A stretch of 64,000 bases of DNA, taken from NCBI GenBank assembly GCA_043765195.1, contig JAYUJN010000016.1:17761-81760 (forward strand). The letters run 5' to 3'. The notes beneath the pieces were generated by a model. The model had not been told where the DNA came from. It worked only from the letters and a program-made list of their open reading frames with translations, and searched no databases. Position numbers and translations under genes: made by a program. Shown here piece by piece: positions 1 to 9,821 of this stretch (positions are counted from its first letter, which is position 1; the number at the start of each line of letters is the position of its first letter). The DNA is from Bacteroidota bacterium. GTDB taxonomy: Bacteria > Bacteroidota > Bacteroidia > UBA7662 > JAYUJN01.

Positions 1-3000
1 GCCAAAGACATACTCGAGTTTGGCGTTACAGTTACCGTCCATGGCGCACGAGCCGATTGGCATCCTTGCGCATTGGTGTATTGCGCATAGTATGTGTATG
101 GCGAGCCTGCGTTGGTTAGCGGCTGGTTGGCAGGTGTAAAGTTACAGCTTGCAGCACCCGTAGCCAGTTGCGTTCCGCCAGTAGCGGCATCGTACCAGTT
201 TAGCGGTTGGTTGTAAACAATCTCTATTTTCACACCACCATAAGTAGCATCTGGGCTTGCACTTCCATTAAATGTCTGCGACAATGCCACAGTAGCCGTG
301 CTACCCGCATTACTTATAGTTATCGGAATGCTCACCGAAGCCAGTGCAGTAGTGCTATTGGTAGTAGAGTATGCGGTAGTAGCCAAAGTAGCTGCACCAC
401 TTACTGCTGCCCTTAGCTCACTTAGCCAAACACCACCAGCAGGTACAACGTTTGTCATCACCAAGTTGGCACTTACTACCGTAGCGTAAGCAGGTAGCGC
501 AGGTAGCGTTATCGTATAGTTCAGCGGCGTATTCAATCCGTCCGAAGTAATCGGGCTTGCTGTAACCGAAGCACTTACCGTGTCGTTTTCGCAAGGCGTA
601 AAGTTTAGCGCACTTATTGGCGAACCTTCACAAACAGTAATATTTGGTATTGTTGGTCCAGCACTTGGTGCATCTACCGTAAAGTTTACGGCTACCCTTG
701 GTCCTTCGCACCCACTTGAAGTACAAGCCGCATAAAGCGTAGTAGTTCCTGGCGTGTTGGTGTTTGCTACACCAGTTCCAGCCACACCTATTGGGTTAAA
801 TGGCGTGCCTGAGCCTACGCTTGTTCCGCCCGTTGAGGCTGCGTACCATACAGGTGCCGCTTGGTAGTTCAAGGTAACCGTACCCACACTTCCAATCGGG
901 AAGATTGCATCGTTGCCAGTACAGTCGCCAGATGCGCCCTCAGTGTAAAGCAAGTTTAAAGTATTACTTGTTAGTACAGTTCCCGCAGGCAATGTAATTG
1001 TTCTCGAGTAGTTATACGGACCAGTTACCGAAGCAGCAGTATTACCATTGCCATTGGCTATGGTTAAGCCGCCAGTTACCGACAAACCACATTCACTTGC
1101 AAACGTTCCCGTGCAGGTACTTACCATACCGTTTATGGCTATGGTCGCACTTGTAACAATGCTACCAGCAGGTACACCGCTTACAGTTACCGTAGTTACT
1201 GGGCTTGCTACTTCGCCAGCAGGCTGGGCAGCAATCGTAATTGGTAGTACCACCGATGCAGCGCATCCGTTGGCACCCATTCCCTGACCAGCAAGTGGCG
1301 TTCCGCCTTGGCAAATATTAAAGTTTGCCACCGTAGGTGCGCCTGGTACAGTATTTATGCTTACCGTTACCGCTTTTATGTCCACACAGTTAGCAGGTGC
1401 AGGCGAAGTGGCTTTTATGTAGTAAGTTCCACCTACTGTAATAGCCGCTGGCGTACCAGATGCCGCAGGTATCGCCGTAGTAGCCGCTGCGTTAGCCCAG
1501 TAGCTAAGTACAGTACCCGTAGGCAATGTGCTACCAGCCGTTACAGCTGCTGCGGTCATATCTACCGTTGCAGGTGCGCAGGCACTCGCTGGGTTCGTTA
1601 TCGTTAGTTCAGGTAGTGGTGCTATGGTTAGCATTACCGCTGTACGGGTATCACTTACACACGCTGGGCTATAACCCACAGCACGAGTTTCGGCATAATA
1701 GGTAGTAGTAGCCGTAGGTAGCGGCGATGGGGTATATGTGTTGATGTTTGATGCCAACAATGTACCACCAGTAGCAGCGCTATACCAGTCTATTGCAAAA
1801 CCAGCACCAGCAGCAGCCACCGAAAGCGGCGTAGCAAGTGCGGTTACATTGGCGCAAATGGTTTGGTTCACAGGCGTAGCAGGTGCAGCAGGTGGGGTAC
1901 AAGCCGCAGCGCAATCTACGTTGTTTAAACTTACCGTTCTATCGGTAAAGCAACCACCAGCTCCGAACACACGCACTGTATAAGCTTGTGAACCCACAGG
2001 ATTGCTCAAATTGCTTACTATAATACCACCACTTGGTATGGTAGCAGCAGCAGTAGCACTGCCAGCAGCAAAGGTACTACCCAATGAATACTGGTAAGTA
2101 TCCGTAGCTCCAAAGCCAGATAGTGTTATTGTACCATCAGCATTGGGCGAAGTAGGTCCGTTACAAGTTATGTCCGTAGCTATGGCAGTATATGCAGGCA
2201 ACGGGTTTATCATAACTACTACCGAGTCTATGTCAGTACAGCTTCCTAAGGTAGCTTTTATATAGTATTTTCCAGCTACCGTAATGGCAGATGAAGTACC
2301 AGAGCTTGCAGGTATCGCCGTAGTAGCTGCTGCATTAGACCAATAGGTTAATACAGTACCCGTGGGCAATGTGCTACCAGTCGTTACAGTTGCTGCGGTT
2401 AGGTTAGCCGAAGATGGCAAACAAACCGAAATTGGGTTTGTAACCAAGTTTGGTGTTGGGTTTATGGTAAACGTAACCGAAGCACGTGCGCCTTCGCAAG
2501 AGCCATTGTTACATGAAGCATAATAGGTAGTAACGCCTGCTGTATTGGTGTTTGCCAAGCCTGAGCCAGCTACACCCACAGGGTTCAGTACCGCACCAGT
2601 AGCTATGGCAGTTCCGCCCGTAGAGGCAGTGTACCATGTAATGCCACTTTGTACGTATTGTACGCTTACAGTACCTACGCCAGTACCCGTAATAAAGGTA
2701 TCGTCTGCGCCAGTATTGTCGTTACTTGAGTTCCAGTATAGTATATTTACAGCAGAACCACTTGGCAAACCATTGATGGTTGCCGCTCTGTTGTAGGTAA
2801 ATGTACCCGCAGTGTTGGCAGAACCAGGGCTGGTAGCTGCTGCGTTGGTTACGCCGCCGCTTAATCCAAGCCTTACTTCCGACATCCAAGAACCTCCCAA
2901 GGCTTGTATGCCTGGTATGTTTATGGTTATGCTACCTATTACCGTTCCAGCTGGTGTAGCTGGTAGTGTAAATGAAGTTAGCACGTTGCCAGGCAATGTG

Positions 3001-6000
3001 TTTACCTCCACTGGTTGTGCAGCAATGTCTATTGGTATTACTACCACTGGACCCGATGGCGTTAGGCAAGATGTACTGTTCATACCAGCACCAGCAGGTA
3101 CAGCAGCACCTTGGCAAATGGTATAATTAGTCATAGCAGGTGCCACAGGCGCAGTATTTATGGTTACTTGCACCGATTTTATAATAAAACAACCACTTGC
3201 AGCATCTTCCGACCTAATGTAGTAAGTACCGCCTACTGGAACTTGCGCAGGATTGGATACGGGATTTGCCGTAGCAGCCGCATCTATCCAGTAAGTAAGT
3301 GTAGTTCCAGCAGTGCTACCAGCCGTTACAGCAGGTGCAGTTAGGTTTACAGTAGCAGGCGTACATACCGCAGCAGGTGCAGTAGTTGTGAGCATTGGTA
3401 CTGGGTTTACAGTTACCGTTACTGCTGTACGTGTAGTACTTACGCAGGCACTTGAGTAGCCAGTGGCTTCGGTTTCTGCGTAGTATGTAGTAGTAGCCGT
3501 AGGCACGGTAGTCAGTGAATATACTTCGCTATTGCTTTGTAGCAATGTACCGCCTGTGGCAGCATCGTACCAGTTAATTTGCTTTCCAGCACCAGGAGCA
3601 TCTACTGCCACAGCAGGTGGCACATTAGAGCCAGCGCAAATACTTGCGCCCGAAGCACCCGTTGGTGCGGCTGGTGGTGTACAAGTTGCAGCACAGTTTA
3701 CATTGCTTAGGGTTACCGTAGCATCTGTAAAGCAAGTTGCAGAACTAAATACACGTACTGTGTAGGTTTGTGTGGTAGCAGGGTTAGCCAAAGTACTTGC
3801 TATCATGCCGCCAGTTGGTATGGCAGTAGCAGTAGCAGGTATAGCCGTAGCAGCATCAAAAGTGCCACCCACTGAGTACTGATAGGTATTTCCAGCCGCA
3901 AAGCCAGATAGCGTTATTTTACCATCGCTGTTCGCAGTAAGACCAGTACAAGTAACCGCCGTAGTACCAGCTGTGTATGCAGGCGGTGCAGTTATGGTTA
4001 CAGTTACGGGTTTTATATCCGTACAGCCCGATGGTGTAGTTGCTTTTATGTAATAAGTACCACCTACTGTAATAGCAGTTTGTGTGCCAGCACTTGCAGG
4101 TATCGGCGTAGTGCCAGCGGCATCTGCCCAATAGCTAAATGTAGCACCTGTGGGTAGCGTAGTACCAGCAGTTACTGCGGCTGCGGTTAAGTCAGCAGAA
4201 GTACCACAAGCAGTTATCGCATTGGTAACTACCACAGGGGTGGGCGCTACTATAAAATCTACTGCTGTTCTTGGTCCGGGGCAACCACCTGTTTCGCAAC
4301 TTGCGTATAGCGTGGTAGTACCTGGTGTGCTGGTGCTGGTTATGCCAGAGCCTGTTACACCTACTGGATTAAATGGTGTTCCGCTTCCAAATGATGTTCC
4401 GCCAGTAGCGGCAGCGTACCATTTTATATCGGCTGGGTCGTTGTAGGTAAGGGTTATCGTACCCGCATTTGGTCCAAGAGGGAATATTGCTTCATCAGCA
4501 GCATTGTCATCGAAATTATCCCAATACACAAAATCTAAGGTAGAAGTTACAGGTGTAAGACCCGCAGCAGCCGTAAATGTTTGGTTGTACGTAAATGGCG
4601 ATGTAGCATTACTCAAAGCGCCAATACCAGAAGCGGCTGCACCTGTGAGGGCATTTGCTAAACCGATGCGCATATCCACTTGCCATGAGCCACCGAGCAC
4701 CGTAATGCCTGGTATGTTTATGTTAATACCGCTAAGTGTAGTACCTGCTGGCAAGCTCGCCAAAGAAACACTGGCAAACACGTTGCCTGGTGCTGCGTTT
4801 ACCTCCGTAGGTTGGGCTACTATGTTCAGCGGTAATACTACTTGTCGGGTACAACTGGCTGCACGCACGCCACCGCCCGTAGGCACGGGTGCGTTTTGGC
4901 AAATGGTATAACTGGTTACCGTAGGTGCTGTGCCAGGCGCAGTTATGGTTACGGTTACAGGTGATATAGCAGTACAACCAGCGGTTGATGTTACTTTTAT
5001 GTAGTAAGTACCAGCAGTAGCCGCCGTAGGCGTAGCATATACCGTAGTAGCTGCTGCGGTAGTAAAGTAAGCCAATATGCCGCCTTGTAGGTTAGAGCCT
5101 GCGGTTACTGCCGCTGCTGTAATGTCCACGGTAGCTGGGCTACAAACTGGCGCAGGGTTCGTTATGCTTAATGTAGGTAGTGGCGCACGGGTAAGCGTTA
5201 CGGCTGTACGTGTGGTGCTTACGCAAGCTGGGCTATAACCCGTGGCTTGTGTTTCGGCATAATACGTAGTAGTTACGCTTGGTAGCGGCGAAGGTGCGAA
5301 GGTATTGGTGGCAGTAGCCAGTGCAATACCGCCTGTGCTGCTCTGATACCAATTGGTTACAAAGCCTGTACCAGGTGCATCTACCGCCAAAGGAGCAGCG
5401 AGGGTGTTAGCACCTACGCATATACTTTGGTTTACTGGATTGGTAGGTGCTGCTGGATTAACGCACGCAGCCGCACAGTTTACTACTGCTTGGGTTACGG
5501 TAACGTCTATAAAACAGCCAGCGCCACTTGCAGAAGTTATTCTTATGGTATATGGCTGAGATGCACTTGGGTTTGCCAAGTTATTTACAATCACGCCGCC
5601 AGTTGGTACGGCAGCAGCCGTGGCTGGCACCGCACTTGCAGCATCAAAGGTAGAACCCGTAGAATATTGATAGAAATCGGTAGCACCAAAGCCACTCAAT
5701 GTAATTGTTCCATCGCTGTTGGCTACTGGACCAGAGCAAGTTACATCTGTCAATGAAGCTGTAACCACTGGGGCAGCGGCTTTTACGGTTATGGTAACTG
5801 GCGCACCAGCACTTTTACACGTAGCAGCTATTTGGCATACGCCGTAATAAGTATAAGTACCCGCCGCCAAACTTGCGGTGGTAAACGAAACACCCGTACC
5901 GAGTACTGTGGTGAGTGCGGCATTACTATACCAAGTAAGCGTACCCGTAGTACAAGCTGTACCTGTAAGGTTTACTGTACCTGCACCGCAACGCTGTACG

Positions 6001-9000
6001 GTAGCAGTTACCGTAGGTACAGAAGGTGTAATACATTCGGCTGCTACTACGGTAGTGTTGCTCACAGCTCCACTTGTTGCACAAGGATAGTCGGCTATGT
6101 ACATACGGTAGTTACCAGTTACAGTAGGCGTAAATGTTACGCAAGTACCAGCACCATAAGCCGCCGAAAATACAGGAGGGCTAAGTGCCAAGCCTGCGGC
6201 ATCGGTAAGTGTAATGGTTGTTCCTGTACCACCACCATTTACGCCAGCAAGTGCTGGCATGGTAGCCGTAGCAGGCTCGGTGCAGTTACCCATACGATAG
6301 GTTACGCCAGCCGTTAGTGTCATTACAGAGTATTCTGATTTCCAATTATTAGTTGCAATAATTGTTGCAGCTCCTGGTGTAGGGTTGGCTATCGCAGAAG
6401 GAAATTGCGATGCCGTACCACCTGAATTTACGCAGGGTGCAGGCACTATTTCTGTGGCGCATATACCAAAACTTCCTGTGGTAGCTGTGCCATTGGGGTA
6501 AACCCTTATGTACAACTGCGTGCCAGCAGGCTGGGTGGCTATTATTAGGTTTGGCATGGCAGATGCTGGCGAAGTGCCATTGTCGTTACAGGCTATGGCT
6601 GTCATTGCTGTGCAACTGCCTGTATAAACTTCCATTGCGGCATCTGTCATTAGACCAGCCGTAGTGGCTATTTTCATAATGCCACTTGCTGGCACTACTA
6701 CGCTGTACCACACATCGGCACCGCTGTATGTACCGCAAGTAGATGCAGGAGCGGCTATGCTCGTGCTGCTTGTAGCTACGTAAGTTGTACCAGTAGTACT
6801 GGTGCAAGCAACTGGGGCGCTTAAAGCCACGGCGTTACAGGGTTCGTCGTTTGCGGGCGGTATTGGGTCGGTTACACAGATGCTAAAACTACCTGTTGCA
6901 CCCGATTTTCCCCACACCCTAATATATACCAGTGTACCTGGCGTAAGTGCAGAAAGGTTGGCGGTGGGCATAAGGTCTGCACCCGCATTGTCGGCGCAAG
7001 CTACGTTTGTCCAGCCAGTAAATATGGCGCAACCTGTTGTGCCTGTTGCGGCATAAACTTGTATGGCTGCATCAGTTATGTTAGCACCTACGGCTGTAGA
7101 TACATTCAAATCTATGCTCAACAAACCAGATGCAGGCACGGTAGCCGTAAACCACACATCGGCATCGCCAGTGGCGGTGCAGCTTGTGCCAGGTGTAGCA
7201 GCCGTGAGCGAGCCATCGGTATTTACATACGTACCATAGCTACAAGCATTGGCTACTGTAAGGGCTATGGCTGCACATTGGTCGTCGTTTACGGGAGGAG
7301 TTTGCGTTGGTTTGGCGCATACGGTAAACGTACCACCTGTACCATCAAAGTCGTATATGCGTATAAAGTATATACTACCAGGCGTAAGCCCAGTTACGTT
7401 AGATGTATTTTGTCCGTCGTTGGCTGCTGCTGATGCGCAAGCACCACCCGCAACGGGTGCGCCTCCGCAGCTACTTAGCACCGCAGATACTGGACGAAAA
7501 TCGGCACCGCCATCTACCACCACGGTCATGTTGGAAGAAGCGGCTGTAAATTTATAAAATATTGTTTTTTGCGCACCTGCACCACAAGTAGCATCGCCCT
7601 CATCGTTGGCGAACGCATTTATGGTTTGGGTTATTGTGGTACAGTTTATGTCCACGGGCAAATCTACTGCATCTGCGCAACGGTCGTTTGGCGGAGGCAA
7701 AATTTCGGTTGCACACAGCGTAAATGCACCACCTGCATCAGTACTTCCGTTGGGTCCTACACGTACAAGGTAAGTAGTGTTGGGGCTAAGTGCTGCGTTT
7801 ATGTTTACGGGTGTAGTAGGAAACGCCGTAGTACTTTGCTGTGCTGAGGTAGTAGGTGCTACGGGAGTAACAGCACTACATAGTGCTGTGAGCGTAGGGT
7901 TGCTGCTCGTCGGAGCGGTAGAGCCAATTGGTCTGCCGCAACCAGCACCGCTTATGCTATATACAGCGATAGAGCCACTGGCTGCACCGCCCGCAGTGCC
8001 TTGGGTAAGTTTTAGGTTTAGGTTACCTATGGCACCAGTGGTTACATAGTACCAAACGTCTTTGGGTGTACCAGTAGTAAGCCCGCATATTGGGTTCGTA
8101 GTACCAAAACTACCAGGAACTGTATTGGTGGCATTGAGTGTAGTACCTGCTACTGTGCTGGCGCATGGCGCACCAGATGGGTTTATGGGTAGCATTGCTG
8201 CAAAGCAAGGCTCATCGTTGGCGGGAGCAGCGGGCGAAGTAGCCGCTGTTACCGTAAAACCTCTGGCAGTAGATGACTGACAAGCTGTGCTTGCACCCAA
8301 ACCGTTTACGGGTACAATAGCCCAAAAATAGGCAACACCATTTGTAAGGGTATTTGACGGAACTACATAGCTAAGTGAAGTAGTGCTTACAGGAAACGTA
8401 ACGCCTGCGATAGTACCCGCTGTAGGTGGGTTGGTCGTACCTACAAATACTTGGTAGCTACTAGCACCTGCGGCTGCTGCCCAAGTGAGCGTGGGCTGGC
8501 GGATTACAGTTGTAGAATTGGCTACTGGTGCGCTAAGAACAGGACACGCTGGCGTGGTGTTTGTGGTCGTAAAAGTGGTATTGTTGGCACTACAACCTAC
8601 GGCTGCGCCTGTGGCATTTTTGGGTACTACGTACCAAGTGTATGAGGTTGCAAAAGTAAGACCTGCGCTGGCAGGTACTGTAAATGTAGTGGTAGCAGAG
8701 TTACCTATAAGCACACCTGGTAAGGTAGTGCCAAGATAAATATCGTAGCTGCTGGGCGTACCTGCCGTAGCAGATAGCGCAGGAACTGCCCAAGACAACG
8801 TAGGCGTGGTGGATTGCCCAGTAGCCGCAGCGGCTGGTGATGAGTTGGTGGTACAGCCAGGAGCAGGTGTGGGTGCTATGGTGTATAGCGCACCACAAGG
8901 GCTATCGGGTGTGGGCCAGGTATCGAACATAATGTAGTACTGTGTGCCTGCGGTCATGTTTACCGAAAGCGTTTTGGCTGACACGCTGCTGCTTACTGCA

Positions 9001-9380
9001 CCAAGACAAGTAGTACCTGCACTAGTAGGGCAACCGTTGTAAACCATAATACCCGTCCAGGTTACGGTGCCTGTAAGCCTAATATCCACCGAACCAGTAA
9101 CGGTGGGTGTAAAGGTGTACAACGCCTCAAAGCCTGCAAAATATTGGAGCGCGCTAGCATCTGGGTTTGCGCAACTTGTAGGCACATTGGCGGTGGTAAG
9201 TTCATTTACTGTACCAAACGGACCGCCTGCTGCACCCGCCGTAGCTCCGCACGCTACCGCAGTAGGCGTGGTTACAAAGCCAGGTATGGCTTGGGCGTTG
9301 GGGCAAGTAGTGGCGTAAACCATACTGCTCATCAGCATACTAAACAACAGGGTTGTTAGTAAGTGTAGTTTTCTCATCAT
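1..9380 (-). CDS. Giant secreted cell-surface repeat protein (adhesin-like). The 5' end is in the window and the 3' end lies beyond position 1; >3,126 aa are encoded here.
   Basis: The reverse complement from 9380 reads ATG ATG AGA AAA CTA CAC TTA..., giving MMRKLHLLTTLLFSMLMSSMVYA/TTCP, which looks like a signal peptide. I hand-translated at 9380, at 5759 (ASLTDVTCSGPVANSDGTIT) and at 59 (QSARAPWTVTVTPNSSMSL); all three are in the same frame. The track has no ORF starting at 9380 although it lists every ORF with an in-window stop, so this frame has no stop down to position 1. The other five frames hold only short ORFs. The product is Thr/Ala/Gly/Pro-rich with paired Cys residues, typical of Ig-like/SprB-like modules. 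Confidence 0.85.
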   Translation of the reverse strand, partial: MMRKLHLLTTLLFSMLMSSMVYATTCPNAQAIPGFVTTPTAVACGATAGAAGGPFGTVNELTTANVPTSCANPDASALQYFAGFEALYTFTPTVTGSVDIRLTGTVTWTGIMVYNGCPTSAGTTCLGAVSSSVSAKTLSVNMTAGTQYYIMFDTWPTPDSPCGALYTIAPTPAPGCTTNSSPAAAATGQSTTPTLSWAVPALSATAGTPSSYDIYLGTTLPGVLIGNSATTTFTVPASAGLTFATSYTWYVVPKNATGAAVGCSANNTTFTTTNTTPACPVLSAPVANSTTVIRQPTLTWAAAAGASSYQVFVGTTNPPTAGTIAGVTFPVSTTSLSYVVPSNTLTNGVAYFWAIVPVNGLGASTACQSSTARGFTVTAATSPAAPANDEPCFAAMLPINPSGAPCASTVAGTTLNATNTVPGSFGTTNPICGLTTGTPKDVWYYVTTGAIGNLNLKLTQGTAGGAASGSIAVYSISGAGCGRPIGSTAPTSSNPTLTALCSAVTPVAPTTSAQQSTTAFPTTPVNINAALSPNTTYLVRVGPNGSTDAGGAFTLCATEILPPPNDRCADAVDLPVDINCTTITQTINAFANDEGDATCGAGAQKTIFYKFTAASSNMTVVVDGGADFRPVSAVLSSCGGAPVAGGACASAAANDGQNTSNVTGLTPGSIYFIRIYDFDGTGGTFTVCAKPTQTPPVNDDQCAAIALTVANACSYGTYVNTDGSLTAATPGTSCTATGDADVWFTATVPASGLLSIDLNVSTAVGANITDAAIQVYAATGTTGCAIFTGWTNVACADNAGADLMPTANLSALTPGTLVYIRVWGKSGATGSFSICVTDPIPPANDEPCNAVALSAPVACTSTTGTTYVATSSTSIAAPASTCGTYSGADVWYSVVVPASGIMKIATTAGLMTDAAMEVYTGSCTAMTAIACNDNGTSPASAMPNLIIATQPAGTQLYIRVYPNGTATTGSFGICATEIVPAPCVNSGGTASQFPSAIANPTPGAATIIATNNWKSEYSVMTLTAGVTYRMGNCTEPATATMPALAGVNGGGTGTTITLTDAAGLALSPPVFSAAYGAGTCVTFTPTVTGNYRMYIADYPCATSGAVSNTTVVAAECITPSVPTVTATVQRCGAGTVNLTGTACTTGTLTWYSNAALTTVLGTGVSFTTASLAAGTYTYYGVCQIAATCKSAGAPVTITVKAAAPVVTASLTDVTCSGPVANSDGTITLSGFGATDFYQYSTGSTFDAASAVPATAAAVPTGGVIVNNLANPSASQPYTIRITSASGAGCFIDVTVTQAVVNCAAACVNPAAPTNPVNQSICVGANTLAAPLAVDAPGTGFVTNWYQSSTGGIALATATNTFAPSPLPSVTTTYYAETQATGYSPACVSTTRTAVTLTRAPLPTLSITNPAPVCSPATVDITAAAVTAGSNLQGGILAYFTTAAATTVYATPTAATAGTYYIKVTSTAGCTAISPVTVTITAPGTAPTVTSYTICQNAPVPTGGGVRAASCTRQVVLPLNIVAQPTEVNAAPGNVFASVSLASLPAGTTLSGININIPGITVLGGSWQVDMRIGLANALTGAAASGIGALSNATSPFTYNQTFTAAAGLTPVTSTLDFVYWDNFDDNAADEAIFPLGPNAGTITLTYNDPADIKWYAAATGGTSFGSGTPFNPVGVTGSGITSTSTPGTTTLYASCETGGCPGPRTAVDFIVAPTPVVVTNAITACGTSADLTAAAVTAGTTLPTGATFSYWADAAGTTPIPASAGTQTAITVGGTYYIKATTPSGCTDIKPVTVTITAPPAYTAGTTAVTCTGLTANSDGKITLSGFAAGNTYQYSVGGTFDAATAIPATATAIPTGGMIASTLANPATTQTYTVRVFSSATCFTDATVTLSNVNCAATCTPPAAPTGASGASICAGSNVPPAVAVDAPGAGKQINWYDAATGGTLLQSNSEVYSLTTVPTATTTYYAETEATGYSSACVSTTRTAVTVTVNPVPMLTTTAPAAVCTPATVNLTAPAVTAGSTAGTTLTYWIDAAATANPVSNPAQVPVGGTYYIRSEDAASGCFIIKSVQVTINTAPVAPAMTNYTICQGAAVPAGAGMNSTSCLTPSGPVVVIPIDIAAQPVEVNTLPGNVLTSFTLPATPAGTVIGSITINIPGIQALGGSWMSEVRLGLSGGVTNAAATSPGSANTAGTFTYNRAATINGLPSGSAVNILYWNSSNDNTGADDTFITGTGVGTVSVQYVQSGITWYTASTGGTAIATGAVLNPVGVAGSGLANTNTAGVTTYYASCNNGSCEGARASVTFTINPTPNLVTNPISVCLPSSANLTAATVTTGSTLPTGTVLTYWSNAAATTAIPASSGTSSAITVAGKYYIKATLGSCTDIDSVVVMINPLPAYTAIATDITCNGPTSPNADGTITLSGFGATDTYQYSLGSTFAAGSATAAATIPSGGIIVSNLSNPVGSQAYTVRVFGAGGCFTDRTVSLNNVDCAAACTPPAAPATPVNQTICANVTALATPLSVAAAGAGFAIDWYSAATGGTLLASNINTYTPSPLPTATTTYYAETRAVGYSPACVSDTRTAVMLTIAPLPELTITNPASACAPATVDMTAAAVTAGSTLPTGTVLSYWANAAATTAIPAASGTPAAITVGGTYYIKATSPAPANCVDIKAVTVSINTVPGAPTVANFNICQGGTPLAGQGMGANGCAASVVLPITIAAQPAGEVASPVTTVTVSGVPAGSIVTSATIAINGMVSTCTGTFASECGLSVTGGLTIANGNGNTAASVTGPYNYSRTITLPAGTVLTSNTLNLLYTEGASGDCTGNDAIFPIGSVGTVTLNYQAAPVWYAASTGGTSVGSGTPFNPIGVAGTGVANTNTPGTTTLYAACTSSGCEGPRVAVNFTVDAPSAGPTIPNITVCEGSPISALNFTPCENDTVSASVTASPITSDGLNTPLNYTITLPALPAYATVVSANLVMTNVVPAGGVWLSELRAAVSGAATLATTAYSTTNSTTALASVSIPITISNAGSTATVALSQTFNGSASPDATYGGVKIEIVYNQPLNWYDAATGGTQLATGAASCNFTPANQPLTNAGSPYTYYAQYTNAQGCQSARAPWTVTVTPNSSMSL
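400..5800 (-). repeat. Three tandem, diverged ~1.8 kb (~600 aa) super-repeats inside the giant CDS
   Basis: A SprB-repeat-like motif T-C-x-G-x(5-6)-D-G-x-I-T-L-S-G recurs at about 2101-2180 (ATDITCNGPTSPNADGTITLSGFGATD), 3903-3968 (GTTAVTCTGLTANSDGKITLSG) and 5701-5760. Families of antisense plus-strand ORFs recur with the same ~1.8 kb period (1738/3532/5353; ~770/2545/~4330; 1048/2812/4504). By eye the DNA copies are only roughly two-thirds identical. Confidence 0.75.
6826..8245 (-). repeat. Four consecutive 135-180 aa modules, each opening with P-P-x-N-D-x-x-C-x-x-A
   Basis: Hand translation gives SPAAPANDEPCFAA (~8200-8245), EILPPPNDRCADAVD (~7660-7705), PPVNDDQCAAIA (~7262-7300) and PIPPANDEPCNAVA (~6826-6867). 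Confidence 0.6.
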
Positions 9381-9782
9381 GATTAATTTAAGTTATGTGT
9401 GTGTCGAAAATAATTTGATAGTTTGCAAACAATTATACCAATACAAAACGACGGCAAACCGAAGTTGATTTATATACTTGTTTGGGGTTGCAATTTAGTA
9501 ATATATTTTTATCTGTGCAAGATTTTTTTTAAGTTTTCGTCAAAAAAGATGGAATTTAACTAAAATATGTCATTTTTCTTACATAATGGCATTTTCATCG
9601 ATAAAATACCACAATTTAAACCATGTAACACTAACATAATGTGTCGATAATTTGGGGGTTTTATGGCAAAAACGGCGAGGCAGTGGCTCAAACGAACTTA
9701 TTTTTTACGAAATAAATCCCTACAAACGGAGGATTTTATTTTTTTGGAGCGTTTTTGCGCCCGCATTTGGGTTATTTTTTTG

Positions 9783-9790
9783 TACCTTTG
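9783..9790 (+). promoter_or_regulatory. Bacteroidota-type -7 box TACCTTTG upstream of hemW
   Basis: Matches TAnnTTTG and lies 32 nt upstream of the ATG at 9822. Confidence 0.55.
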
Positions 9791-9821
9791 GCGTTGTTGC
9801 TCACCCAAAAAAGTGCTTTAA

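Noticed and set aside
207-9359. Dozens of 60-160 aa plus-strand (and a few minus-strand) ORFs in the track over the first 9.4 kb, several of them forming apparent families (e.g. 1738/3532/5353).
   Set aside because: They are antisense or out-of-frame shadows of the single giant minus-strand CDS. They recur only because the underlying gene is internally repeated, and their compositions (Cys/Arg/Tyr-rich or Ala/Val/Pro-rich) are typical of wrong-frame translation.
9381-9821. A 440-bp AT-rich intergenic region between the giant gene and hemW, including ORF 9652-9921. I examined it for an sRNA, a riboswitch or a small gene.
   Set aside because: I could not identify a conserved structure, repeat or credible coding signal by eye. 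The ORF overlaps the hemW promoter and start and has a low-complexity composition. The region probably holds the promoter and leader of the giant gene.
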